A stretch of 64,000 nt of DNA, from positions 186,001-250,000 of the forward strand of contig NGBS01000588.1 in assembly GCA_002245135.1 (NCBI GenBank), written 5' to 3'. The DNA comes from Proteromonas lacertae (Eukaryota). This document shows positions 50,754 through 61,802 of the stretch, one piece after another. A program made the position numbers and the translations under genes. Each line of letters begins with the position of its first letter. Position 1 is the first letter of the stretch. The notes below the pieces were generated by a model. It saw nothing but the letters and a program-made list of their open reading frames with translations. It made no database searches and was not told where the DNA came from.

Positions 50754-53112
50754 ATGTCATATAATATATTTGCTCAGACAGTAGGCATTGATTTGAGTAA
50801 TGCAAATGATGTACAGTTCTGTAGACTATTTTGTCAAGCTAATAACAATGATTTAGGACAGTATGTTAATTAGTATTATATTGGTAGAGCAGTACAGGCA
50901 TATGAAGAAGGAGGCTATAGTTCAAACGAAAAAAGATATAATTATCTTCACCCAACAAGTTCAAAGAATTTAGAGGAAGAAGAAGAGGAAGAAGATGATT
51001 ATTTGAATATGAGTATAATTCAGATGATGAGGAAGGGGAAATAGTCAATGAAACTATGAAAGTTTCAACAAACTCCACAAATTCTGAGAATAAACATTCA
51101 ATATTCGAGTCATATCCTTCTACACTTTCGGAAGTGATAGAAAGAGATATTGAAATTGTTAATGCATCAGTCAGAGGTGTAAGTTCATCATTTAAGGCCT
51201 TTGGTAATGTTTTATACTTATGTATGGTAATAGAGCCATCTAGGCTGTATGACAATAAAATAGAAGCATTTTGGAATGATATTGATTTTAGCAGACATTT
51301 AGCATTTATCATCACATTCACATACAAAGTGAACTTAAAAACTACGCAATCAGTCAGTGAATTAAATGAACCAAAATCAGTAAATTGCATGGGATTTCAA
51401 ACAACAGACACAGCAGATGTAATAATAGAGAATTATGTAGTTGATATTAATCATTATCATGGTTTAGGTGGAGTTTATCCAATATCAAATTCACTTCAAA
51501 TATTATTAAGTAGTGATCCAGTAATCCATAAGAATATAGATTCTGAAACGAATACTTTTTTAAATCAATATTATCCACCAAAATCAAATAGTTATGCAAA
51601 TGTGTTAGATATATGTAGAACTTTAAATGATTTTATTTTACCATTATTATTAGCAAATAATAGAGAAATTAATTCGAAATCAAGTTTACAAGATGCAATA
51701 GATTACTATTTATTAGGTGAAAATAAAAATAATAAATACAGTAATAGCAAATTTGGTGGTATATTAAATATTGTGATTATTTATTTTTTTATTTTTTTAA
51801 AATAGATTGTTCAATTGCTAGGTTAGTAAATCTACATCCAAATATTCCATATTCTATTATTGTGGATGCATTAATACAGAATAATTATGATTATCATCTT
51901 GCTGATTCAAGATTAACCTCATTAGACTGTGTTGAATGTTCAAAAGAATATAATAGACTGAATGAAATAATATTAGTTAAAGAAACGAGATATTATTGTA
52001 TTATACCTATCATAGAATATATTGTAAAAGGATTGAATCATAGATGCATGTATTGCTGTATAGAATATACATATTATTTATTTATTTATTTTATTACAAT
52101 AGTTGTTAATTTATGTAAAACTGTTGAATTTTATACACCCTGTGATAGTGATTTGTGTCAAAGTAATTACGCTGAATTACAAGGTTTTGGCTTAGAAGAT
52201 GCTGTTCTATTACATAGTTATACATTAGAATTATTAATTACATATTATATAGCAGCAGCCAGTGATACAGGTAGAGGATTCTTAAATGCACCAACTGTAT
52301 CAAAACCAAAAGCATTAACACAAGAAGAAATGTTAGAATATATGAAAGAAGGAAATAATAAAAAAGTGAATAAGTTATTTGAGAGTGTTATACCTGATGA
52401 TTTAATATCTAATGCAGAAGAACAGTCCAAAGCAGTAAATGATAAAATGAGTAAAGTTATACAGAATATACCGTCTGTTAGTGTAATGATAGAACAAGCC
52501 AAAATTCATAATTTACATAAATTTTTATTAGATAAGGATGAATTATTATATAAATTATTAGTATGGATATTTTATAATAATGAGAATAAGATAGTTCATA
52601 TCCCAAATACACTCATAAAAAATGGCAATACTGTTCAACATATATTTTACATAAAAAGAGGAACTGCAAAATCAGATGAAAGATATAAATCGCTTATAAA
52701 TGATAAGAAGAAAGAGTTTCAATATTACGTACATGGTTCTCCTTATGGTTGTTGGCATTCTATATTGAAACAAGGGATAAGAAATATGAGTCATACAAAG
52801 TATATGACATGTGGTGCTGCTTATGGAAATGGTGTTTATTTAGCTGGTACACTAGCTACTAGTTTAGGTTATGCAAGACAACCATTTGAAGTTACGTGGC
52901 CTAATAGAATTGGTTGCTCATTAACGTGTTTATCTGTTGTGGAAAGTACAAAAGTCAATGGAAGTGGTGATATATATGTTCAACCAGATGAAAAAGTAAT
53001 TTTTCCTAGATTATTGTTGATTTGGAATGGTCCTACATCAAATCGCATTAATTTGAAAGATATTCCTGGTGACTTAGATGAGTTGATTAAAAGTATAGAT
53101 ATTTTTCAATGA
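50754..53112 (+). CDS. PARP6/8-like mono-ADP-ribosyltransferase with UBA-like domains
   Basis: HGSPYGCWHSILKQG, GAAYGNGVYLA, GDIYVQPDE, and a Cys cluster upstream. One base is missing near 51003. Confidence 0.85.
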
Positions 53113-53198
53113 ATTATATTTTTATGATTTTTATACGTTTTGTTTAAAATCTAATAACAATCATAAATAAACACAAAAAATCATAAATATTGCTTTAT

Positions 53199-53690
53199 TT
53201 AATCTTCCTCACATGGTATTCCTGTATTAGCTTCTAAAAATCCATACACTTCATCATAAGTTATAGCTAATTCATATCTATATTCCTCCTCATTTTTACA
53301 ATGCGGATAAAACATTATATAAGGTTCTCTAAAGAACGGCAACTTTTTAATATAATCTTTTGCATCTGGATCTTGCGAGTTTAAAACAGCAATAAGCACA
53401 TCTGGTTTGTCAAATTTTAAGGATAAATCATGCCATATCTTTTGAAATCTAGTACACTCTGGGTTAGCGTTAGAACATATTCCATAAATAATATCAAACT
53501 TGTGAGTATTCACAACTTTCTTTAAATATTCTGGATTTAAGTACAACACTTTATCTTTTTGATACTTTTCATCGTTCTTTGTTCTATTTTCCATCTGTGA
53601 CATTTGTGTAGCTTCTCTTAGCGCCTCAACATTAATTTGTTGTTCACAAGACACTACAACGACTAACAGAAGTAAAATTAAGAATTTCAT
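53199..53690 (-). CDS. Secretory thioredoxin-fold (PDI-like) protein without CxxC
   Basis: Signal peptide MKFLILLLLVVVVSC; NPECTRFQKIWHDLS...IAVLN...PYIMFYP Trx-like pattern. Confidence 0.65.
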   Translation of the reverse strand: MKFLILLLLVVVVSCEQQINVEALREATQMSQMENRTKNDEKYQKDKVLYLNPEYLKKVVNTHKFDIIYGICSNANPECTRFQKIWHDLSLKFDKPDVLIAVLNSQDPDAKDYIKKLPFFREPYIMFYPHCKNEEEYRYELAITYDEVYGFLEANTGIPCEED

Positions 53691-53734
53691 CTCAAACTTA
53701 GAATCAAGCCATTTCGCTTTATTTTTAAAATTCA

Positions 53735-54288
53735 ATGCCATCTAAGCAAGCTGTGTTGTATTAATACCATTTATTATACTATAGATTATATTTCAATCCA
53801 ACTCTATACCGTTATTTTCACATATTCGTGTCTTTTATTGCATTAGTTGCATTTCTTACTCTTACAGCAATTCACTTTATATATCCTCACGTAAGTTTCT
53901 ACCATGTTATTTTGGAAGTATGTAGTAATGTTTATTTGTATAGCATATTAAAAAAGATCAACTACAGCTTTCTCTATTTGTTTTATCAGCATTTCATATT
54001 ACCTTATCAATTTTATTTGTATTTCACCGCATATCTGAATGGAAAGGTTGGTGTCAATTCTATACTACTCTGATTTATTATGTATTAGTAATGAAATTTG
54101 TATTACCTATTATTTTTGAAGGTATAAAAGATTTATTGTTTTATTTATAAAATAGAATATGTTGTTTTACCAGGAATTCAACAACCAGATATATTATCTT
54201 ATGATTTATTCAACTTGGCTTATTGGATATTTTATTTAAGCTTGTTATATTAAAATGTATATTTAAAGATTATTGTGTTTTTGTTTGA
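53735..54288 (+). CDS. Small multi-pass membrane protein (4 exons)
   Basis: MPSKQAVL|LYFNP...DYCVFV* reads through after removing three short GT-AG introns; about 4 hydrophobic segments. Confidence 0.65.
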
Positions 54289-54350
54289 TAATAAACCATC
54301 ATTACTTTTTTGTTTTTGTAACAGAAAAACGAATATATTTTTAGAATAAA

Positions 54351-55322
54351 ATGGACGAACATTTTGCTTCTGTGTTAAGAGAATTCCCTCCTGTTGATTT
54401 ATACTTTTTGTATGGATCAGGTATATTTCACCAAGAAGGTTATACAGAGAAAGACATGAAAAGTGCAATGGTTGATATAATATTTGCTGTGAATGATCCA
54501 ATGAAATGGCATGAAGAAAATATTGATTTAAATCCAGAGCATTATTCGTTTTGCAAAATATTACCAAAACGTTTATTCAATTCTTTACAAAGTGCAGGAG
54601 GTGGAGTTTTTTTCAATACATTGGTGAAGCTACACAATGGAATGACAGTTAAATATGGCATTATTAGCAACAAAGATCTGATCAATGATCTAGAATTCTG
54701 GACAACTTTCTATCTAAGTGGCCGATTGCAAAAGCCAGTGAAAATAATGAAATGTAACCCAATATTCAAATCACCTTTAAGAAATAACCTAAAAATGGCA
54801 ACTAATGCTTCATTACTCTTACTTCCTGAAAAAACAAATCTTGATAACTTGTTATTAGTATATATTATTATGATTCTATATGTGTTTAAATAGACAATCA
54901 GTGGTTTATCCTATGCAGGAGATGTAAGAATGGGAATAGCAGAAAATCCAAATAAAGTGAAGAATATAGTCAAAGGTAATTATGATAGATTTAAACAGTT
55001 ATATGAGCCAATATTAATGAAAATACCTGAAATACAGTATAATAGTACCACTAACGAGATAATAAGAGATACTACATGGTCAGCTACTAAGAATTTGATA
55101 AAACCATTACCATTAGATATTACTGAAAAAATCTATTTGAGTGATATTAAGAAAGAAACAATTGAGCAAGCTGTAATACAGAAATCAATTAGAACGAAGC
55201 TGATGCATCATGTTAGATACTACAGTGCTTGTCAATCTACCAAAGGATTTATTACAAATGGATTCTCAAAGTCTTCTATCTATCTCAGTCGTAAAATTAT
55301 GAAATTTTTAAGTCGTAAATAA
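54351..55322 (+). CDS. TAM41: Mitochondrial phosphatidate cytidylyltransferase Tam41/Mmp37
   Basis: YGSGIFHQ, MVDIIFAV, KYGII, YLSGRLQKPV, ISGLSYAGDVRMGIAENPNKVKNIV. Confidence 0.92.
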
Positions 55323-55559
55323 TCTTAGTCAATGATAAGTCGAATAAATTCGATGATTTGATTTACTTTCTTGTTTTTTTGTGTTTAAAACCATAACTAC
55401 GATAATAAATGTGTATAGAGAATAAGAATAATGGTGATTCAACAACCATAATTTTTCCGCACATCACTTTTTCAAAAAACCTGCTTTGCTTTTCACCTTC
55501 GCTAGTATATTCACTGCTAGATGTATTCTTCATTATAGCTGTATTCATTGCATAGAATT

Positions 55560-56024
55560 ATGAGTAAAACAAACAATAGAACAAACCACAATCTAAAAGA
55601 CGAAAGAGATTTACTTCAGACCGCATATATAAGTACGTAGTAACTTGATTAAGTGATAGGATACGTTGATGAAATTAATTCACTTCATCCAACTGAGTTT
55701 CTCGAAGTACAAAGAGATATTGAAACCATTTTGGTATATAACCTGCTATTATATTTCATAGAAAAATACAGCTCAATCTATAGTTGACACAAACAATGAC
55801 ATCAAGTCAAAAGCCATAATGTTTGAAAATCAAGTAGAAAAAATGATCCAAAAGACCTTGTAAATATTTCACAGCTATATACTCTCTAGAAAAAGCAAAA
55901 CTACAATGAACGAAAGTACATCTGCATTTAAAGAGGGTATTTCTGTATTATATAACATCCTATAGACATCAGACAACAACAAAAGCTTATCGATGACTTT
56001 AATAGAACATTTGAGAAATTATAA
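55560..56024 (+). CDS. Small helical/coiled-coil protein (5 exons)
   Basis: MSKTNNR...FNRTFEKL* after four 27-30 nt introns. Not in the ORF track. Confidence 0.65.
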
Positions 56025-56200
56025 TACCATTATACTGTCAACTTCTTCAATAAAACAAAATCATTTCTTTAGACCATATTATAAACTTATAATTTGTTTT
56101 TATCTATATGTTTTTATTTAATTTAGAGTAATATTTCATAATATAAGGATTTATAAATTACAAAAATCAATTACAAAAATAATAGTCGTTTTATCCAAAA

Positions 56201-58175
56201 ATGTCATTCCCTTTATCATCGATTCAAAGCTTTTTAGAGAAATATGTAAATAACCCAGAAGTATATTTATGAAATGCTTATACATAGGAAGTGTTACAAA
56301 ATTCAAAAGACAATTCATCAGAATTGAAAGGAATACTAAAGACAGTTTTTGATTATGGTATTTATATGTGTATAATAAAATAGCAAAACAATTTGATGAA
56401 ACAGAGATGAGTGGTCTAAGTGAATTACTTACACAAGATATGGATTTAGAACAAATTTGGGAACAAATTCGATTGGAAGTATTTATAATTTTGTTATTAA
56501 ATTCGTATATAGAATATTCCATTGAAAAAATGGTTAAATAAAGAATATATAGAAATATCATCAAATCCAATATTATTTTTAGAAGAAACAGATGAAAATA
56601 ATAATAAGAATGATGAAAATACAGACAATGAAGAAGAAAATGAAGAAGAAAATATGGAAGAAGAAAATGACAAAAATGAAGAGGAGAATGTGAATGAATA
56701 TGTTGATGAGGAAGAAGGCGATGGCGAAGATGATGAAAAATATGAAGAAATAAACGATATAACCAATATACACAAAGATAGTAATGAAGAAGATGATGAA
56801 TTTGAAGATCTGTATAATAATATATAAATATTGTTCTATTGTTTATAATATTAATAGTGAAAAAGATGAAGAAGGATACAAAGTAAAAAGTAACAAATTC
56901 TTTAATGAAGATGATTTAGAAAGATTTGAAGAATTGGATGAAAAATTATTTGGAGATTTAGAAGATGATGAAGATAATAATAATAATAATGACCAAGAAG
57001 AAGATAATGAAGAAGAAGAAGAAGGTGATGATGATAATGATAGTGATGCTTATTTAGATGTAACAAAGAATTATGAAGATCCAAAAAGTAAATCAAAATT
57101 TGATGAGTATATATATACATAATTATAATATTATATCATTAGTTATAAATATGAAGATTTCTTCGAACCACCAGATGATGAAAAAGAGAAAGATACTGAA
57201 GAAATAGAAGGAGATATATTAAATTCAAATTTCCAAATAAAGCAAAGCAAATTATTAAATAAAATAATAGAATTAGAAGCTGAAGCAATTGATGATAAAC
57301 CATGGATGTTAAAAGGTGAAATTACAGCCAAATCTCGACCAGAGAACAGTACTTTAGAAGCAGATATTGATTATGATAGACAAGTACCAGTAGCACCATT
57401 ATTAACAGCAGAAAGCAACCAAAGTTTAGAAGAAATTATAAAAAAAAGAATCATAGAAGAATCATGGGATGATGTGATAAGAATGAAAATAGAAGAAAAA
57501 CCTGAAAAAGAATTAGTTGAATTAAGTCAAGAGAAATCTAAAGAAGGCTTAGGTGATATATATGAAAAAGAATATATGGAACAAACTGGTAAATGGGATC
57601 CTGATGAAGAAACAAAGAAAGCTGAAGCTGAAGCAGATCAAATATTTAGAAAAATATGTTATTATTTAGATGCATTATCTAATTTTCATTATACACCAAA
57701 ACCTGTAATAAATGAATTAGAGATTAAAGTAAACGCTCCTGCGTTGAAGATGGAAGAAAGTATTCCCTTATCATACTCAATGGCCAATCAAAAAGCTCCA
57801 GAAGAAATAATGTCAAAACAGAAGGATGAATTGAAGGATATAAAGGAAATGACAAGTGATGAGAAGCAGAAGAAAAGACAATTGAAGAAAACAATGAAGA
57901 GAAAGGTAAAGAAAGAAAAGGATGCTATTAATAAGATAGTTGAAAGATTAAATCCTGGATTAGGCAATAAGTATTCTAAAGAAAAAATAAAGGATGCATT
58001 ATTACAAAGAAATGTGAAAGAAGGTAAAGTAACTGGTAATGTATCGAAGACTTCAAGTGCATTATTTAATCAGCTACAGGATGAATTGGATAAGCAAGTT
58101 GCAAGTTTCAAAGGAACAGATGAACCACCTAAGAAGAAAAGAAAGAGCAATAAAGTTGCTCAATATAAATTATAA
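56201..58175 (+). CDS. MPP10: U3 snoRNP protein Mpp10
   Basis: DLEQIWEQI, acidic middle, KPWMLKGEITAKSRPENSTLE, LEEIIKKRII, LDALSNFHYTPKP. Confidence 0.92.
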
Positions 58176-58336
58176 AATATAATAGTTGTTTCGTTGTTTT
58201 TCCTATATATATTTTTAAGTATTATGATTTGTTCTGATGTATGGGAAGTTAATTGTCTGATAATATATAGAAATACTTTAGAAAATTGATAATAAAAATT
58301 CAAACCTTCAAGCCAAAATCGTTTTATTTTGATAAA

Positions 58337-59750
58337 ATGGAAGAAAAAAATGAACAGGGAATATATTTGACAGAAGTAGAAGTACCACAACAGTATAAAT
58401 ATTATTGTTTTTATACAATTAGAGTAAAACTGAAGAAACCTGAAACACCTCCATCCATTAAAATACAAGAGGAAGAAGTTACATATGATGAAAAAGGACC
58501 AATTGTATATTTAATGTGATATTCCATATTTTTAGAATATGCCTGAAAGAGTTGACTTTAATGCCTTAATGGACCATGTTACAACAAATGTAAATATGCC
58601 AATAAGAAGACAAGATCATCTGTATCAATATAAAGCAGTTTGTACATCAAACATCTCTGAAGCAATAGTAAAAGATGCTTTTTGGCTTGTTCTATCTAAA
58701 TGTTTTATAAAAGAACGAAATTTTGAAGTTGAAACTAAACTATACTCACGACTATCAGAAAATTACACAAAACTATTTGAAGAAACAGATTCAGATTTAA
58801 AAGATTTAGTGTTTTTGAGATATGCAGATATGTTAGCACAAGCCGTATATTTTGGAATGTATACAGCCTATCCAAACAGTAGATGTGAACTCTCTCAAGA
58901 TTTCCGACATAAAATTATGGATATCACAAGTTACTGGATCACAGGATTACAATGTCCATTGTACGATGATCACCACTGGAAAATGGTTCCTTCTATGATA
59001 ACAAAAAAAGAAAGAGGAAAAATAGAAAAACAAAATTTAACCAAAAAATTTAATCTTCCTTTAAACACAAAATCATTAGAGGATCAATTGAATAAGAAAT
59101 TAGATAATATTGACAAAATGATGAAAAGTCAATTACTAAATGGAAATAATAATAATAATAATAATAATAATATGGATGATGGAATAATTCAATCTTCTAG
59201 AAATATAAATCCTTCAAGCCCAATAGCAAACTCCTCTACAAATGCAGCAGCTACAGCAGCAGCAGGTGCTAAATTTATGAAAGAAGTAGCTGAATATGGT
59301 AAAGTGAGATCATTTTATGTTGGTAAATGTAAACCTGCTACTAGAGGTTATATCGCTTTAAGTCATGGAGAATTAATAGATAAACATTTACAGAAATATG
59401 GAGAAAGAGTATTATCTACCCAACATGCATTTCCTATAAAAATTACAGAATTTCCTCGAAGAGAAGATGATGAATTGATTGGTGAGAAAGCAGATACAAT
59501 CGATGAAGAGAATCATGTTCAAACATACCAAGATGTTGTTTATAAAACAAAACATGTGAGAAGAGAGATATATAAGGAGTATGAAAAGAAAAAGAAACAG
59601 ACTAATCGAGAAGTTAGGTTAATTGAAGATAAACATAAACGAGAAATTGAGAATATAAAGAGTGAAGCAAAGAAAGTGAAAGATTTACATGAATTTTCGA
59701 ACTATTTAGTAAGTCAGTGGAGTTTGAAGAGTATGAAAAATAATCAATAG
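58337..59750 (+). CDS. FAM227-like (FWWh domain) protein
   Basis: KDAFW...LYSRLSENYTKLF...KDLVFLRYADMLAQAVY...YPNS...WITG pattern. Confidence 0.7.
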
Positions 59751-59854
59751 TTGAATAATATAAATGTAATATCTATAATTTATTTATTTCTATGAAATGT
59801 TGAATGTATAAAAAGAAAAAGAAAAGAATATAAATAATTAAGAAGGATAATATT

Positions 59855-60649
59855 CTAAATAATTTCATTAACAATATTATTACTTGAATATTTCCTACAT
59901 CCTGGACCTCCTCTATTGAAAAAATTCTTTACATTTCTTTTAATACCATAATCGAATGGATTATGGTATTTTCCATTTCTGTCATAAAAATGTGGATATT
60001 TTCTATAATTAATAAATTCATTTGTTGTTATATTTGATATGACATTTCCTGTATGACTAACTAACATTAAAACTATTAATTAAGAAAAAATAAAAACGAA
60101 TATATAATTTGGAAAATAAAAAGATATAACTTCCAGTAAATAATGTATATAAAGCACATACCATTATCATACCACTTGCACATCTTATACTTTTCATCAC
60201 TTGTTCTGCTTTTCTCTGTGGAGATATTTCTAAATATATTCTCATGAAAAACAACACATCCAATACTACAAAAGTGTAAAACATGAAGAAGACGAATAAA
60301 TAGAATTCTTTATAATTATTCTCTCCAATACAATTCATCATCCACCCGCAATGATGATCAAATTTACTTACACATTTATTACATAACTATATATACAATT
60401 AATAAATAATAACAATAAATAAAATGAAATATACTGAACAGTGTTTGGATCTGATTGGTTTTTCTATTCTACAAGTAACACAATATCTTTTATTATCAAT
60501 ACTTTCATCATTGACTATTTGATTTAGATATACTTCAATATAATTTGTTCTTATATTATTCCATGAACTATTATCAGTTGTTATTCTTTTAATATTATCG
60601 ACCAAAAAACCAGGATTTCTAAGATGACATTTAAACCAATTGAAAAACT

Positions 60650-60685
<36 letters not shown>

Positions 60686-61692
60686 CATAAATAACAAAAG
60701 GTTAAAAAGCAATTCTAAGTACCAATATGAATATAATTGCCTGTGTATATAAATCAAATACATTGAATAACAGAATATTACACTAACGATCAATATAGTA
60801 GCTATCATATAATTCATTTTATCTAACTCTGAAGGCTTAAAACATTTCTTAAATAATAAATATATATTTGATTTTGCTGCTTCTAATATAATAATATCAC
60901 ACTGAGTATCTGAATTTACTTCAGCATTGGGTAAAACATATGAATAAGGAGTTTCATTCTTAATATTCTTTGAATGGATTTGATCTTTTGCTCCAAAATC
61001 TAATAATAGCTTTACTACACCATAAAGGCCTTTTAAAGCAGCATAATGTAAAGGATAATTCTTTTCATTATCCAAAATATCGACTGATGCATTCTCTAAC
61101 AGTAAATATTCAACAGTATCACAGTGGTTGAAGTAAACAGCCCAATGTAATGCAGTTTTTCTATCATAGTCTTGGATATTTATATCTACACCAAGTGTTA
61201 ATAAGTAGTTTATTACTAATATATGATCATTTTGTGCAGCTAAGTGTAAACATGATATTCCATGATCATTTACTGAAGATGGATTTAATCCTAATCCGAC
61301 TAACATTTTTGCACCTTCTAAATTACCTCCCCATGCACACCAGTGAATAATGAGTTAATAGAAACGTAATATTTGCAATTATATAAAACAAAAGATATAT
61401 GAAGTGCATTTTCTCCATTATTATTGGTTATATGTATGTTGCCATTATGCTCTATGAAATATCTTAAAATGTTATTTCTTTTAAGATATGAAGCTAATTT
61501 ATAAATAAATATTATATAATACCCCACATTAGCAATGAATTACCATTGTTATCCACTGTGTTACTATTAATAAAACCGGTATTCAATAGATCTTTAAGCT
61601 AATAAATGTACTATATTTGACAATACAATATCTATTTTATCATTCATAATTGCTTCGTAAGATTGAAGCAATATACTTTTTGATCCTTCCAT
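59855..61692 (-). CDS. Ankyrin-repeat DHHC palmitoyltransferase (Akr1/ZDHHC13/17-like)
   Basis: Ankyrin repeats; [16 protein letters not shown]...[27 protein letters not shown]. Confidence 0.92.
60067..60127 (-). other. Probable U12-type intron (AT start, 3' end probably AA)
   Basis: 5' ATATCTTT and branch-like TTTCTTAAT. Removal gives FTGSLLVSH; other in-frame boundaries are possible. Confidence 0.55.
61343..61398 (-). other. U12-type AT-AC intron (56 nt)
   Basis: 5' ATATCTTT, branch-like TCTATTAAC, 3' TCAC. Removal restores the ankyrin motif [14 protein letters not shown]. Confidence 0.9.
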
Positions 61693-61802
61693 TCTTTATA
61701 AATTTAAAAGTCAGAATATATCCGTTTCAGATTTATTTCATTTCATTTTATTTGATCATAGAAATAGTTAATTGATTTATAATGTTAATAAAATACAAAA
61801 AT

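Noticed and set aside
51111..51120. Other ATATCCTT matches (also about 7095, 7284, 42625)
   Set aside because: They lie within uninterrupted coding frames or on the non-coding strand.
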